The notes under the pieces: model-generated | The model's database searches: none | What the model was told of the DNA's origin: nothing | Seen by the model: the letters and a program-made list of their open reading frames with translations, nothing else | Virus record (IMG/VR): IMGVR_UViG_3300001605_000015 | Location: 62,001-90,183 of that record | Direction: 5' to 3' (one strand) | Source of the DNA: an uncultured virus (IMG/VR IMGVR_UViG_3300001605_000015) | Taxonomy: Duplodnaviria > Heunggongvirae > Uroviricota > Caudoviricetes | DNA length: 28,183 bases | Program-made: the position numbers and the translations under genes | Part shown: positions 1 through 7,865 of the stretch, piece by piece | Layout: every line of letters starts with the position of its first letter | Position numbering within the stretch: position 1 is the first letter of the stretch

Positions 1-72
1 AAAGAAAGTCACATGCACCGCGTAAGGCAAGGTTTTTACGTTCTCACGACCACTTTGTAAGAGCGATAATAC

Positions 73-101
73 TTGCGGCCCATGTTCCGCATTCCTATTC
101 T
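73..101 (+). promoter_or_regulatory. sigma70-like early promoter
   Basis: TTGCGG-N17-TATTCT upstream of gene 158. Confidence 0.6.
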
Positions 102-157
102 ACATCTATCGGGCAAACCACGGCCCGATAGTTTAACCCCAATCACGGAGTTCTCAC

Positions 158-592
158 ATGGAACAGCTTGTCAAATCCAATCCGAACAAAAAGCTGCGCA
201 AGACGAAGGTCGAGACGCAGGCAACCGAGGGCGCGGCCACCGAGGCACCCGCCAAGCGCACCAAAAAGGAGCTTGCCGAAGTCGAGCCGCGTCGGCTGCA
301 CGTTGGCAACACGCCGAGTTCTTTCCGCGTCGGCAAATCGCTGACCCCCTTGCGCCACGACTATCGCTGCGGTCAGATGACCCAAAAGGACCACAGCTTC
401 CTCAAAGACTGCATCGACTTCGCAGACGCAAGCGGCAAGTTCCCGCGTCTGAACGCGGATGCGGGGCGGCTTGGTCGCCTCTACACCCAGCAGTTCGTCA
501 GCTACGACGAAATCGGTGTCTACGACGAGGACCAGACCATCTCGCTCACGGACAAAGCCCGCGAGTTTACCCGTCCCGTCAAGGCGGCGTAA
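158..592 (+). CDS. hypothetical early protein, possible winged-helix fold; paralog of 5627..6013
   Basis: RBS ATCACGGAG at 142-150; core nearly identical to gp5627 (TPSSFRxGKSLTPLRxDYR...LNADAGRxGRLYT). Confidence 0.85.
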   Translation: MEQLVKSNPNKKLRKTKVETQATEGAATEAPAKRTKKELAEVEPRRLHVGNTPSSFRVGKSLTPLRHDYRCGQMTQKDHSFLKDCIDFADASGKFPRLNADAGRLGRLYTQQFVSYDEIGVYDEDQTISLTDKAREFTRPVKAA

Positions 593-614
593 TAACCGTG
601 TTACATCGTCGGCT

Positions 615-634
615 TACCCCGCTTAGGCGGGGTA
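615..634 (+). terminator. stem-loop after gene 158, probable terminator
   Basis: TACCCCGC-TTAG-GCGGGGTA; U-tail weak. Confidence 0.5.
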
Positions 635-670
635 TTGCCATTTACAGAGCCAGCACAGGAGCCACGGCTA

Positions 671-967
671 ATGCCTAACGACATGAACGAAGCAGACCAA
701 CAAATCGCCATTGCTTGCGGTGAGCTAAAGGATGCCATCGCGGATATGATCACCGACCAATACCCCGAGGGTGTAAATCCCTATGTGCTTTCCTATGTTG
801 GCTGCGACATGGCCGCACAAGGCGCAATGGCGCTTTATGGCAACGGGCGTTTCGAGACATTCGAACAAGCCTTAGAGTCGTGCATGGGCGGCGTCCGAGC
901 CGCTATGGAACAGTATCAGCAAGCAGCCGATCCGCTTAACAGTCTGATCAAGCCTTCCGACAAGTAA
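671..967 (+). CDS. hypothetical protein
   Basis: AGGAG RBS upstream of ATG 671, in frame with ORF 635..967. Confidence 0.75.
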   Translation: MPNDMNEADQQIAIACGELKDAIADMITDQYPEGVNPYVLSYVGCDMAAQGAMALYGNGRFETFEQALESCMGGVRAAMEQYQQAADPLNSLIKPSDK

Positions 968-979
968 GATCGAAACCTA

Positions 980-1009
980 TTGCGCGGCGAGAAATCGCCG
1001 TGCTATCCA
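980..1009 (+). promoter_or_regulatory. sigma70-like promoter with palindromic spacer
   Basis: TTGCGC-N18-TATCCA; contains CGGCGA-GAAA-TCGCCG. Confidence 0.5.
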
Positions 1010-1047
1010 TACATCACGGAAACCACACCAACCACGGAGTATACCCA

Positions 1048-1359
1048 ATGACGATCCAATTCCATGCCGTGATGCTTGACGAAACTGGCTGCGAGTTTGG
1101 CGCGACGATCAGCGCAACCACCAAAGACGAAGCGTGGGAGCTTGCCCGCGAGAACTACCCGGAAAGCCGCTGCGTCCAGTTGGAGTCTCCCGAAGACACG
1201 GCGGCGCGTGAGAAGCGCATCTACGACCAGTGCCTTATGGACGAAGGCGACTGGGACTTTGACGAGGACGACCTCGACTACGACGACGAGGATGACGATT
1301 TCGTTGATGACGAAACCATCTCGTTCAGTGGGCGTGACAGCATGTCGTATTACTACTGA
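1048..1359 (+). CDS. hypothetical protein with very acidic C-terminus
   Basis: ACCACGGAG RBS at 1031-1039; tail DEGDWDFDEDDLDYDDEDDDFVDDE. Confidence 0.85.
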   Translation: MTIQFHAVMLDETGCEFGATISATTKDEAWELARENYPESRCVQLESPEDTAAREKRIYDQCLMDEGDWDFDEDDLDYDDEDDDFVDDETISFSGRDSMSYYY

Positions 1360-1409
1360 GTTGCTCCACGGCTAGGTTGAGCTGCCTGCCTCGCTCCCTA
1401 GTCGCAACT
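1359..1409 (+). ncRNA. structured RNA element, copy A
   Basis: AGTTG/CAACT stem, CTCCA bulge, 8-bp stem, TT bulge, GAGC/GCTC stem; same architecture as 5182-5230. Confidence 0.6.
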
Positions 1410-1445
1410 GGCCCCTGCCGACTGCTCGCGGTGGGGGCCTTTTTT
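1410..1445 (+). terminator. Rho-independent terminator
   Basis: GGCCCCTGCCG...CGGTGGGGGCC followed by T6. Confidence 0.85.
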
Positions 1446-1468
1446 GTTATAAGAAACCGCAAAACTTA

Positions 1469-1498
1469 TTGCTTTACAGTAGTTTAGCGGGGTATACT
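1469..1498 (+). promoter_or_regulatory. sigma70-like promoter
   Basis: TTGCTT-N18-TATACT. Confidence 0.65.
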
Positions 1499-1532
1499 AA
1501 AGCACAGAAACCACGCAAAACGGAGTTGCTAC

Positions 1533-1712
1533 ATGCCAAAGTTACAGTGGAACCTCAAGTTCGTTGACATCACGGACGACGAAGCAGCAGAGCTTGTTTC
1601 CGAAGGTCTCGCCTACCCGTCCGAAGACCCGGACGTTCTTTACCCCGAAGACGACGTTTCTCTCGTTTTCGTTGAAGAGAAAATCCACCATATGAGAAAG
1701 GACGGTATCTGA
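1533..1712 (+). CDS. small acidic hypothetical protein (59 aa, not in ORF track)
   Basis: CGGAG RBS; MPKLQWNLKFVDITDDEAAELVSEG...RKDGI; TGATG overlap with the next gene. Confidence 0.75.
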   Translation: MPKLQWNLKFVDITDDEAAELVSEGLAYPSEDPDVLYPEDDVSLVFVEEKIHHMRKDGI

Positions 1713-2014
1713 TGAACGCCACCAAGCGCCACATTTACCGAGTTGCACGTCGCATGATGCTCAAGTCGTCAGTGCGCGGCGGCTCCGCATTCGGTGTTGA
1801 CGACATATGGTATGAGGCCGTCATGTCTCCGAACCTCCCCGGCACACTGTCTCACTCGACGGTCAGGAAATACCTTAACGAGTTTGCTGATGCGGAGTTT
1901 CCGACTATCGAACGTGTAAAGTATGGTCGCTCGGTTCTCTACCGCATCAAGAAGATCGACTTCTTCGCCATGCCTGCGTTGAAGCCACAGGATGATGCCA
2001 ATGCCATGCACTGA
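1712..2014 (+). CDS. putative winged-HTH DNA-binding protein
   Basis: LSHSTVRKYLNEF...IERVKYGRSVLYRI resembles a recognition helix plus wing. Confidence 0.6.
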   Translation: MNATKRHIYRVARRMMLKSSVRGGSAFGVDDIWYEAVMSPNLPGTLSHSTVRKYLNEFADAEFPTIERVKYGRSVLYRIKKIDFFAMPALKPQDDANAMH

Positions 2015-2189
2015 GCGCGTTGACTTTCGCATCCTTGTTACGCCGTGCTGCGGCACCATGCTTTGTTGGGTGAATCCACGGCTCCCGAACCACTGTCCCG
2101 AATGCGGTAAAGGTGTTTGGCCTGCCATTCGCGGCTGTGTGACCTACCACGACAATAACGCTGTTCTAAAGCACAAGGGAACTGGATAG
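2001..2189 (+). CDS. small Cys-rich (zinc-ribbon-like) protein
   Basis: PCCG...CPECG motifs; start uncertain (1992, 1995 or 2001). Confidence 0.6.
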   Translation: MPCTERVDFRILVTPCCGTMLCWVNPRLPNHCPECGKGVWPAIRGCVTYHDNNAVLKHKGTG

Positions 2190-2300
2190 ATAGTACTTGC
2201 TGTTAATCAGGTATGCTGCGAAAATTGGCTCCACAAAGGCGTCAGCTTTCTCGGCTACCTCCCTACCTAACCAATCCTTATAAGTCTCAGCGAGGTTCTT

Positions 2301-2648
2301 ATGCCCCCTAAAATTGAAGCCCTTACCAATCGCGGCTCAAAGCCATACACCCTAGACGACCTGCGCGAATACCTAAAGAAGCGCCCAGTCTGGTCACACG
2401 TCTATGAGGTCATCGACGTTCTCGAAGCAGAGTGTAAAGTCGATGCCACGCTCAATAACAATGTGCAAATGTGGCTCACTTACGAAGAATACAGCACCAT
2501 CTGGCTTATGACCGAGATTATGGAACCGCTGCGCGAACACCCTACGCTCGTAGAGATTGGCAAGCGTTTCAATCCGACAACAGAATGGCACAACACTTGG
2601 ATGCCACTGGACACTCTCCTTCACAATCTTACACATGAGGTAGAATAA
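2301..2648 (+). CDS. hypothetical protein
   Basis: GAGG RBS; packed as an operon. Confidence 0.7.
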   Translation: MPPKIEALTNRGSKPYTLDDLREYLKKRPVWSHVYEVIDVLEAECKVDATLNNNVQMWLTYEEYSTIWLMTEIMEPLREHPTLVEIGKRFNPTTEWHNTWMPLDTLLHNLTHEVE

Positions 2649-2650
2649 CA

Positions 2651-2890
2651 ATGAGCGAAGCGGCACCAGAAAGCTGGATCATTCAAAGAGGCGGCGGCGC
2701 GGTAATTCTCTACTGGGGCCATGTTCGCATAAACGGCAAACTGACTAACGAGTATACGTGGACGACAGCCAAAGAACATTCGCGGCGCTATTCCTCTGCT
2801 AAGAACGCAAGGAACGCACTATCCAAGATTAGGAAGCACAGGCCCGATGGGCTACTAGGCCCTGTTCGCATCATCCGCTACACCGAATAG
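2651..2890 (+). CDS. hypothetical protein
   Basis: GAGG RBS; starts 2 nt after the upstream stop. Confidence 0.7.
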   Translation: MSEAAPESWIIQRGGGAVILYWGHVRINGKLTNEYTWTTAKEHSRRYSSAKNARNALSKIRKHRPDGLLGPVRIIRYTE

Positions 2891-2906
2891 GAAAAGGAGA
2901 ACCAGC

Positions 2907-3122
2907 ATGAAACTGCAATACATCATCGACCGTGACGGTAACTTTCTCATTGTAGAAACCACGGCTACCATCCGAGAAACTAAAACTAAAACTAAGAATG
3001 TGCGATACTCTCCCGATCTATCCAGTAAGAGAGTAAACAACGATCCGTGGCGTCCTACTACACAGTCTGACAGGGATTGGTTTATCAAACATTACCTAGA
3101 AATGTTTTGCTGCCTAACATAA
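2907..3122 (+). CDS. hypothetical protein
   Basis: AAGGAG RBS. Confidence 0.7.
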   Translation: MKLQYIIDRDGNFLIVETTATIRETKTKTKNVRYSPDLSSKRVNNDPWRPTTQSDRDWFIKHYLEMFCCLT

Positions 3123-3382
3123 CAGATTGTTAATCGCGGCTCATAACAAAGAGAGAGGCTTATGAAAGTTACATCTAGTATAGCGTTACTGCAAAAGCAG
3201 CTTGACGAGTATTACCACAGAGCCAAGGCTCTTGGCTTCTCGGAAGACGCGGCTAACGACATTCTCAAAAAGCATGTAGAATACCAGAAGGCGTCTCCCT
3301 ATCTCGATAGCTTTGCGGCAGTACGCCGCGCCAAACTTGATTTGATAAACTACTGCCTATAACAGATTGTTAATCGCGGCTC
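3119..3382 (+). repeat. 24-bp direct repeat flanking gene 3162..3362
   Basis: ATAACAGATTGTTAATCGCGGCTC at 3119-3142 and 3359-3382, each overlapping a stop codon. Confidence 0.9.
3162..3362 (+). CDS. hypothetical protein
   Basis: GAGG RBS. Confidence 0.7.
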   Translation: MKVTSSIALLQKQLDEYYHRAKALGFSEDAANDILKKHVEYQKASPYLDSFAAVRRAKLDLINYCL

Positions 3383-3725
3383 CCTCTCATACTATAGGGT
3401 ATAGTAAACCCCCAATATACCCTATAGTCCTACTACTCCGCACAGTAGGTAGAAAAGGTATTGACTCCCGATTTCCTAAGCTATTGAATTTAGACTCTTT
3501 CTGGAATCCCACTGACTCACACCATCCCGCACTATAACATGTTATAAGGGATATTTTACTAAGAATTTGCACAAGACTACATAACAGATTCAATAACGCA
3601 TTGATTTCATTATGTTTTCCCCTAATAACCGGGTATTGTCGCGGCTTATCAATCGCGGCTAAACAGACAGAACCCCCATAGTAACCTCTATATACCACTA
3701 GGGACTACAATAGGCATGTAGGCAC

Positions 3726-3760
3726 TCTCCAATAGTCTCCAATAGTCTCCAATAGTCTCC
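3726..3760 (+). repeat. 10-bp tandem repeat (TCTCCAATAG x3.5)
   Basis: read directly from sequence. Confidence 0.9.
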
Positions 3761-3804
3761 GTTGCTCTTTGTCTGCTCATTCGATCTGCCTTTTCATCCG
3801 CCAA

Positions 3805-4100
3805 CCAAGATTGTAAATGAACCTGATAATGCCAATGATGATGGAGTTGGAGAAGTTGTTGTTCTCGCCCGCAAGATTGTAAACGTGCGAAGATTGTAAA
3901 TGTAGAGGCATTGATGGTGATGAAGACAAAGAAGATGGTAATGGTGTTGTTGGAGATGATGAAGGAGTTGTTGATGGTGGTTTTGATGATGAAAGTGAAT
4001 GTATAAAAAACTGTTGGATTTGTATTGGGAATGTAGATGGTGGTGTTGATTAAGTAAGATAAAGCCCCGCGAAACTATTGGGAATGTAATTGGTGTATGG
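3805..4100 (+). repeat. C-poor non-coding WGD-triplet tract 1, with AAGATTGTAAA repeats
   Basis: runs such as TGG TGT TGT TGG AGA TGA TGA AGG AGT TGT TGA TGG TGG; AAGATTGTAAA occurs three times. Confidence 0.8.
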
Positions 4101-4144
4101 ATGTTACTTTCTTATTGCGGGGTTGTAGGATGCCGCGCTATAAC
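4099..4144 (+). promoter_or_regulatory. sigma70-like promoter with shared 19-bp upstream element
   Basis: GGATGTTACTTTCTTATTG (also at 5523-5541) runs into TTGCGG-N18-TATAAC. Confidence 0.7.
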
Positions 4145-4185
4145 ACGGTTACTAGCCGACCACAAAAACAAATGGAGTAACGCAA

Positions 4186-4500
4186 ATGACAGAACACTTC
4201 CAGCCCGTAAGATTGGTTCCCGTCAGTGAATGGACCTTCTATCTCTACAAGGTGACTTATTGGAAGGAGGATATGAACCCCGCGTTCGACCATCGCGTGA
4301 AGTATCTCGTTTCTACGGATACGCACATCGACGACGAAGTTCAGGAAGTGTGGCCGAGTGATTGGTATATCTCTTATTCTTATGAGGAAGTTTGCGAGGT
4401 TAATCGCCCTCTTCAAGTTGGCACCATTCATGGGATGCGTCTTAGCGAGAGCGCCATCTCCGCTGGTGAGCGCGAAGCTGCTGCGCGGAACCTTAAATAA
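4186..4500 (+). CDS. hypothetical early protein
   Basis: GGAG RBS; own promoter. Confidence 0.8.
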   Translation: MTEHFQPVRLVPVSEWTFYLYKVTYWKEDMNPAFDHRVKYLVSTDTHIDDEVQEVWPSDWYISYSYEEVCEVNRPLQVGTIHGMRLSESAISAGEREAAARNLK

Positions 4501-4920
4501 GGAAGTGCGATACGGCTTGCGCCTCTGATGGGGCGCGGCTACTCTCTTCTTACTAACCATACAAACCCAAAGGAGCAAAGCAATGGGATACACTATGCAC
4601 TATGGCGAGATTGCCGATCTTGCTGCTCGTGATGAAGCCGCCATCTCGGATACCAAGGACTACCTCGGTGAAGAGCGGTTCAACTTCCTCGTCTCCGAAA
4701 TGGAGAAAGCGAAAACGGCTGAGTGGATCAATCAGATGAACATCGCCTTCGCCTTCGCTGGCATCTCCGGTCTGCCGTTCCATGCCATGTGCCGCAAGTA
4801 TGCTCTCAAAGCCTATCGTGAGTGGATGCACTCCGGCGACGATGCGGTTGTTACGGACGAGCACGGCTACGTCGTCATGTAAGGAAGTGCGATACGGCTT
4901 GCGCCTCTGATGGGGCGCGG
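4498..4920 (+). repeat. 41-bp direct repeat (stop codon + promoter cassette) flanking gene 4583..4882
   Basis: TAAGGAAGTGCGATACGGCTTGCGCCTCTGATGGGGCGCGG at 4498-4538 and 4880-4920; -35 TTGCGC, followed at N17 by TACTCT or TATAAC. Confidence 0.9.
4583..4882 (+). CDS. hypothetical early protein
   Basis: AAGGAG RBS. Confidence 0.8.
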   Translation: MGYTMHYGEIADLAARDEAAISDTKDYLGEERFNFLVSEMEKAKTAEWINQMNIAFAFAGISGLPFHAMCRKYALKAYREWMHSGDDAVVTDEHGYVVM

Positions 4921-4956
4921 GTATAACTCGGTTATATCAAATCACGGAGCAAGGCT

Positions 4957-5181
4957 ATGAACATCGAAATCGAAAACCGTCGCAATGAATGGGTCGCTCA
5001 GCAACTCGGCGTCCAGAAGGTTTACCGCGACGACAACTGCTTTGTTGACGACAGCGATCCCAATGGAGTGATCCTCGCTTTTGTTACTATCGCCAGCAAC
5101 GGCGACGAAGTTCTTATACGGGCTGATGGAACCCACGGCTTTCAAGTTCCTTCCGATCTTACATTGGGTGTCACCCACTAA
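4957..5181 (+). CDS. hypothetical early protein
   Basis: ATCACGGAG RBS at 4941-4949. Confidence 0.8.
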   Translation: MNIEIENRRNEWVAQQLGVQKVYRDDNCFVDDSDPNGVILAFVTIASNGDEVLIRADGTHGFQVPSDLTLGVTH

Positions 5182-5230
5182 AGTTGCTCCGCTGACAGTC
5201 GAGCTTTGCATGGCCTCCTGTCAGTCAACT
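5182..5230 (+). ncRNA. structured RNA element, copy B
   Basis: AGTTG/CAACT stem, CTCC bulge, GCTGACAG/CTGTCAGT stem, TC bulge, GAG/CTC stem. Confidence 0.6.
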
Positions 5231-5231
5231 T

Positions 5232-5269
5232 GCCCCGCCTCCCTTAATTGGGTCGCGGGGTCTTTTTTT
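5232..5269 (+). terminator. Rho-independent terminator
   Basis: GCCCCGC...GCGGGGT followed by C and T7. Confidence 0.8.
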
Positions 5270-5274
5270 GCCAA

Positions 5275-5430
5275 AGATTGTAGATGACGACAAGATTGTA
5301 AATGTAGATGATGAAGGAGAAGGTGATGTTGTTGTAGGTGAAGAAGATGATGATGTTGTAGTTGAAGAAGATGGAGATGGAGAAGGAGGATGGAGAAGAT
5401 GATGAAGATGGTGGTGGGAATGGTGTAGTC
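5275..5430 (+). repeat. C-poor non-coding WGD-triplet tract 2
   Basis: 29 consecutive WGD triplets at 5303-5389, one extra A, then 9 more. Confidence 0.9.
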
Positions 5431-5522
5431 CCTGCCCAGTCCAGTATAGCAGATTCGAGAAGGTGGAGGAAGCCGAAATAGAACAGACGAGTGCTATAAC
5501 CAGTTATAAAAAAAATGAAGCA

Positions 5523-5567
5523 GGATGTTACTTTCTTATTGTCAGGATGTGCGGAATCACTTATCTT
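5523..5567 (+). promoter_or_regulatory. sigma70-like promoter
   Basis: shared 19-bp element plus TTGTCA-N17-TATCTT. Confidence 0.7.
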
Positions 5568-5626
5568 ATTCTTATCAGCGGAACCACGGCTGATAGTCAG
5601 AAACGCCAGATACCACGGAGGTTCAA

Positions 5627-6013
5627 ATGGCACAAGTTACGACCAAGACCCGCAAGACCCGCAAGGAAGTCGAGGCCCCTGTCCAGACCATGAAAGAGAT
5701 GGCGCAGGTCGAAGAGCGCGAGGTTCACAAGGGCAAGACGCCCAGTTCCTTCCGCATTGGCAAGTCGCTGACGCCGTTGCGCAAGGACTATCGCGCAGGT
5801 CAGATGACCGACAAGGATCATGGCTTCCTGAAAGATTGTCAGGACTTCGCTGACGCCGAGGGCAAGTTCAAGCGGCTGAATGCAGATGCAGGTCGCATTG
5901 GCCGTCTCTACACTCTCAAGTTTGTCGAGTTCGATGAGACGGGCGTGTATGACCAGTCGCAGATCGTGACACTGACGGCCAAGGGCAAGATGTTTGGCAA
6001 GCTTGCCAAGTAA
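5627..6013 (+). CDS. hypothetical early protein, paralog of 158..592
   Basis: ACCACGGAGG RBS; high identity to gp158. Confidence 0.85.
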   Translation: MAQVTTKTRKTRKEVEAPVQTMKEMAQVEEREVHKGKTPSSFRIGKSLTPLRKDYRAGQMTDKDHGFLKDCQDFADAEGKFKRLNADAGRIGRLYTLKFVEFDETGVYDQSQIVTLTAKGKMFGKLAK

Positions 6014-6036
6014 GGCAGGCGATCCTAGAAAAGTAG

Positions 6037-6064
6037 AAACCCCGCTGATGAGGCGGGGTTTTTT
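6037..6064 (+). terminator. Rho-independent terminator
   Basis: AAACCCCGC-N7-GCGGGGTTT followed by T-run. Confidence 0.85.
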
Positions 6065-6119
6065 ATTGTTGTTGGTAGAGGGAGGATAGACACGAAGTTC
6101 ACTGTCCATCCACTGTATA

Positions 6120-6280
6120 ACAGAAGGTGATGTAAGTTGTCAAGCAACAAATTTTCGTGATGGAGTTGATGATGGTGAAGAAGGTGTTGTTGGAAATGGT
6201 GTAGTACCTCCCCCTCGCCTGTCCAGTATATCAGGTGGTGGCAGGTGTAGGAACACAAAAAAGAACAGAAGGTGTTGTTT
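6120..6280 (+). repeat. WGD-triplet tract 3
   Basis: 12 consecutive WGD triplets at 6158-6193; shares AATGGTGTAGT...GTCCAGTATA with the end of tract 2. Confidence 0.75.
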
Positions 6281-6396
6281 TGAATAACTTTTTTTGCGGC
6301 TTGTCAGTGCTATAACACGTTACAACGATAGTGCGTTATGCGATCTTTTCTGCGGGGCAACGACCCCGAATCGAATAATGTGCAAGGAGCAAAAAG

Positions 6397-6753
6397 ATGA
6401 CCCACTACGCTTCCGTTACCGAGCGCCCCGCCATTGGTGAAACCTCTGGACTGGTGGACGGCATCGCCTACCACGACGAGCGCCACAGTCAGGAGGGCGG
6501 CGTCGAAACCGTCGATTGGACGACCAAGGGCTTGTATGTGACGCGGCTGCGTCTGCTGTCTGACCCCGGCTTTCCTTGGTGGGATGTGTCCTACTGCCAC
6601 GGTCGTTTGAATGGGCGGCACGTCAATGTGCAGTTGCCATTCAGCCAGCTTCCCAAGCGCGGCATGAAGGTGGCTATCATAGAAGCTGCCAAGCACGACA
6701 AGGTGTTCGCCAAAGGGATCGGTGTTTTGGATAACATCAGCACACTCTGCTGA
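6397..6753 (+). CDS. hypothetical phage protein
   Basis: AAGGAG RBS. Confidence 0.8.
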   Translation: MTHYASVTERPAIGETSGLVDGIAYHDERHSQEGGVETVDWTTKGLYVTRLRLLSDPGFPWWDVSYCHGRLNGRHVNVQLPFSQLPKRGMKVAIIEAAKHDKVFAKGIGVLDNISTLC

Positions 6754-6829
6754 TTGTCGCATTCGGGTAGCACGGCTGTTGGGGTCGTGCTACTCCTATA
6801 ACACGGGTATAAGCAAAAGGAGCAACCCC

Positions 6830-6934
6830 ATGAAAGGCACGATCCGCAACTTCCTGAAAGACCTGCTCGGCGTGTTGGCTGTGTTCGCCATCCCTGTTGT
6901 TGGTCTCTACATCGCTCACGGATTCGGCTTCTAA
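6830..6934 (+). CDS. small single-TM membrane protein (34 aa)
   Basis: AAGGAG RBS; LLGVLAVFAIPVVGLYIA. Confidence 0.7.
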   Translation: MKGTIRNFLKDLLGVLAVFAIPVVGLYIAHGFGF

Positions 6935-6945
6935 GGAGAACGGCC

Positions 6946-7146
6946 ATGATGGACAAGCCCACCTACGAACAGTTCCAAGACGAGGACGGCTATATCGACG
7001 GATATGCGTTTGACATGGCTTATGACCAGTGGCGCAGTCAGTTCCCAGATCTGCGCGAGAGTTGGTGTGGCGAAGCCAAGCCCGAACCCGTGGAGGAACC
7101 GGAGGAATCCTTGTCTGACCTGTTGTCGCGGCTACTTGCGGCGTGA
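6946..7146 (+). CDS. small acidic hypothetical protein
   Basis: AAGGAG RBS. Confidence 0.75.
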   Translation: MMDKPTYEQFQDEDGYIDGYAFDMAYDQWRSQFPDLRESWCGEAKPEPVEEPEESLSDLLSRLLAA

Positions 7147-7234
7147 CTGTGCTATAACGGGTTACAACGATTGTCCGGGGTGCTATCGTTTCCTCGGGCA
7201 ATGCTGCCCTATAACCAACCACGGAGCTTAGAAG

Positions 7235-7537
7235 ATGGAAACGAAAATCGTCAACTGCGAACCCTTTGAAGTCACCGCGAACCGCGATACTGTTGGGTTC
7301 ATCATCTACGAAATCGACTGCATCTCAGGAGATGAGCGCGGCGACTTCCATATCAACCGCGACCTTGATGGGACGGAAACGCTCGAAGCGATCATCACCG
7401 ACATCATGGAGAAGTGCGATAACGACGGCGGCGTGGAGTTGTGCGGCCACATCACCACACAGCACGGCATCTGTCTGTCGTTCCATTGCGATGCTGCCGA
7501 GTTGAGAGCGATCATTCAAAGCCCTGCCCAACTATAA
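7235..7537 (+). CDS. acidic hypothetical protein
   Basis: ACCACGGAG RBS at 7218-7226. Confidence 0.8.
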   Translation: METKIVNCEPFEVTANRDTVGFIIYEIDCISGDERGDFHINRDLDGTETLEAIITDIMEKCDNDGGVELCGHITTQHGICLSFHCDAAELRAIIQSPAQL

Positions 7538-7556
7538 CAGTAGGGACACCGACAGG

Positions 7557-7586
7557 AGATGGGGGCTGCGGCTCCCATTTCTTTTT
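7557..7586 (+). terminator. probable terminator
   Basis: ATGGGGGC-TGCG-GCTCCCAT followed by TTCTTTTT. Confidence 0.65.
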
Positions 7587-7599
7587 GTCTAAGAAACTG

Positions 7600-7865
7600 T
7601 TAAGCGGAGGTTGTAAACGCACACAGGTTGTAAACGTATGTAGGAGACACAGAAGGATGATGTGCCAGTAGGAGAAGAAGGAGGCGATGATGGAGAGCGA
7701 GAAGGAGAAGACCAGACAGTTAGTCAGACAGTTAGTCAGGCAGTTAGGCAAGGAGAAGGTGTTGATGTTGTTGAAGAAGTTGTGCCACCGAAGGAGGTTG
7801 TAAACGCGCGCAGACTGTAAACGCATGGTGGTGACGAAGGAGGCGAGATGGGCTGATTGGCGAGG
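7600..7865 (+). repeat. WGD-rich tract 4 with TGTAAACG x4 and 12-bp tandem CAGACAGTTAGT x3 (7713-7750)
   Basis: read directly from sequence; third tandem unit degenerate. Confidence 0.75.

Noticed and set aside
3119..4920. Direct repeats as a CRISPR array or att sites
   Set aside because: Only pairs, separated by whole genes; no regular spacers, cas genes or integrase in the window.
5268..5402. Acidic peptide reading (DDEGEGDVVVGEEDDD...) of WGD tract 2
   Set aside because: TTG start lies in a terminator T-run with no RBS, and the periodicity shifts frame at 5390; the pattern is nucleotide-level.
5244..5633. Minus-strand low-complexity ORFs over the tracts (also 6025..6258 and 7512..8060)
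   Set aside because: By-products of the triplet arrays; no RBS and opposite to all supported genes.
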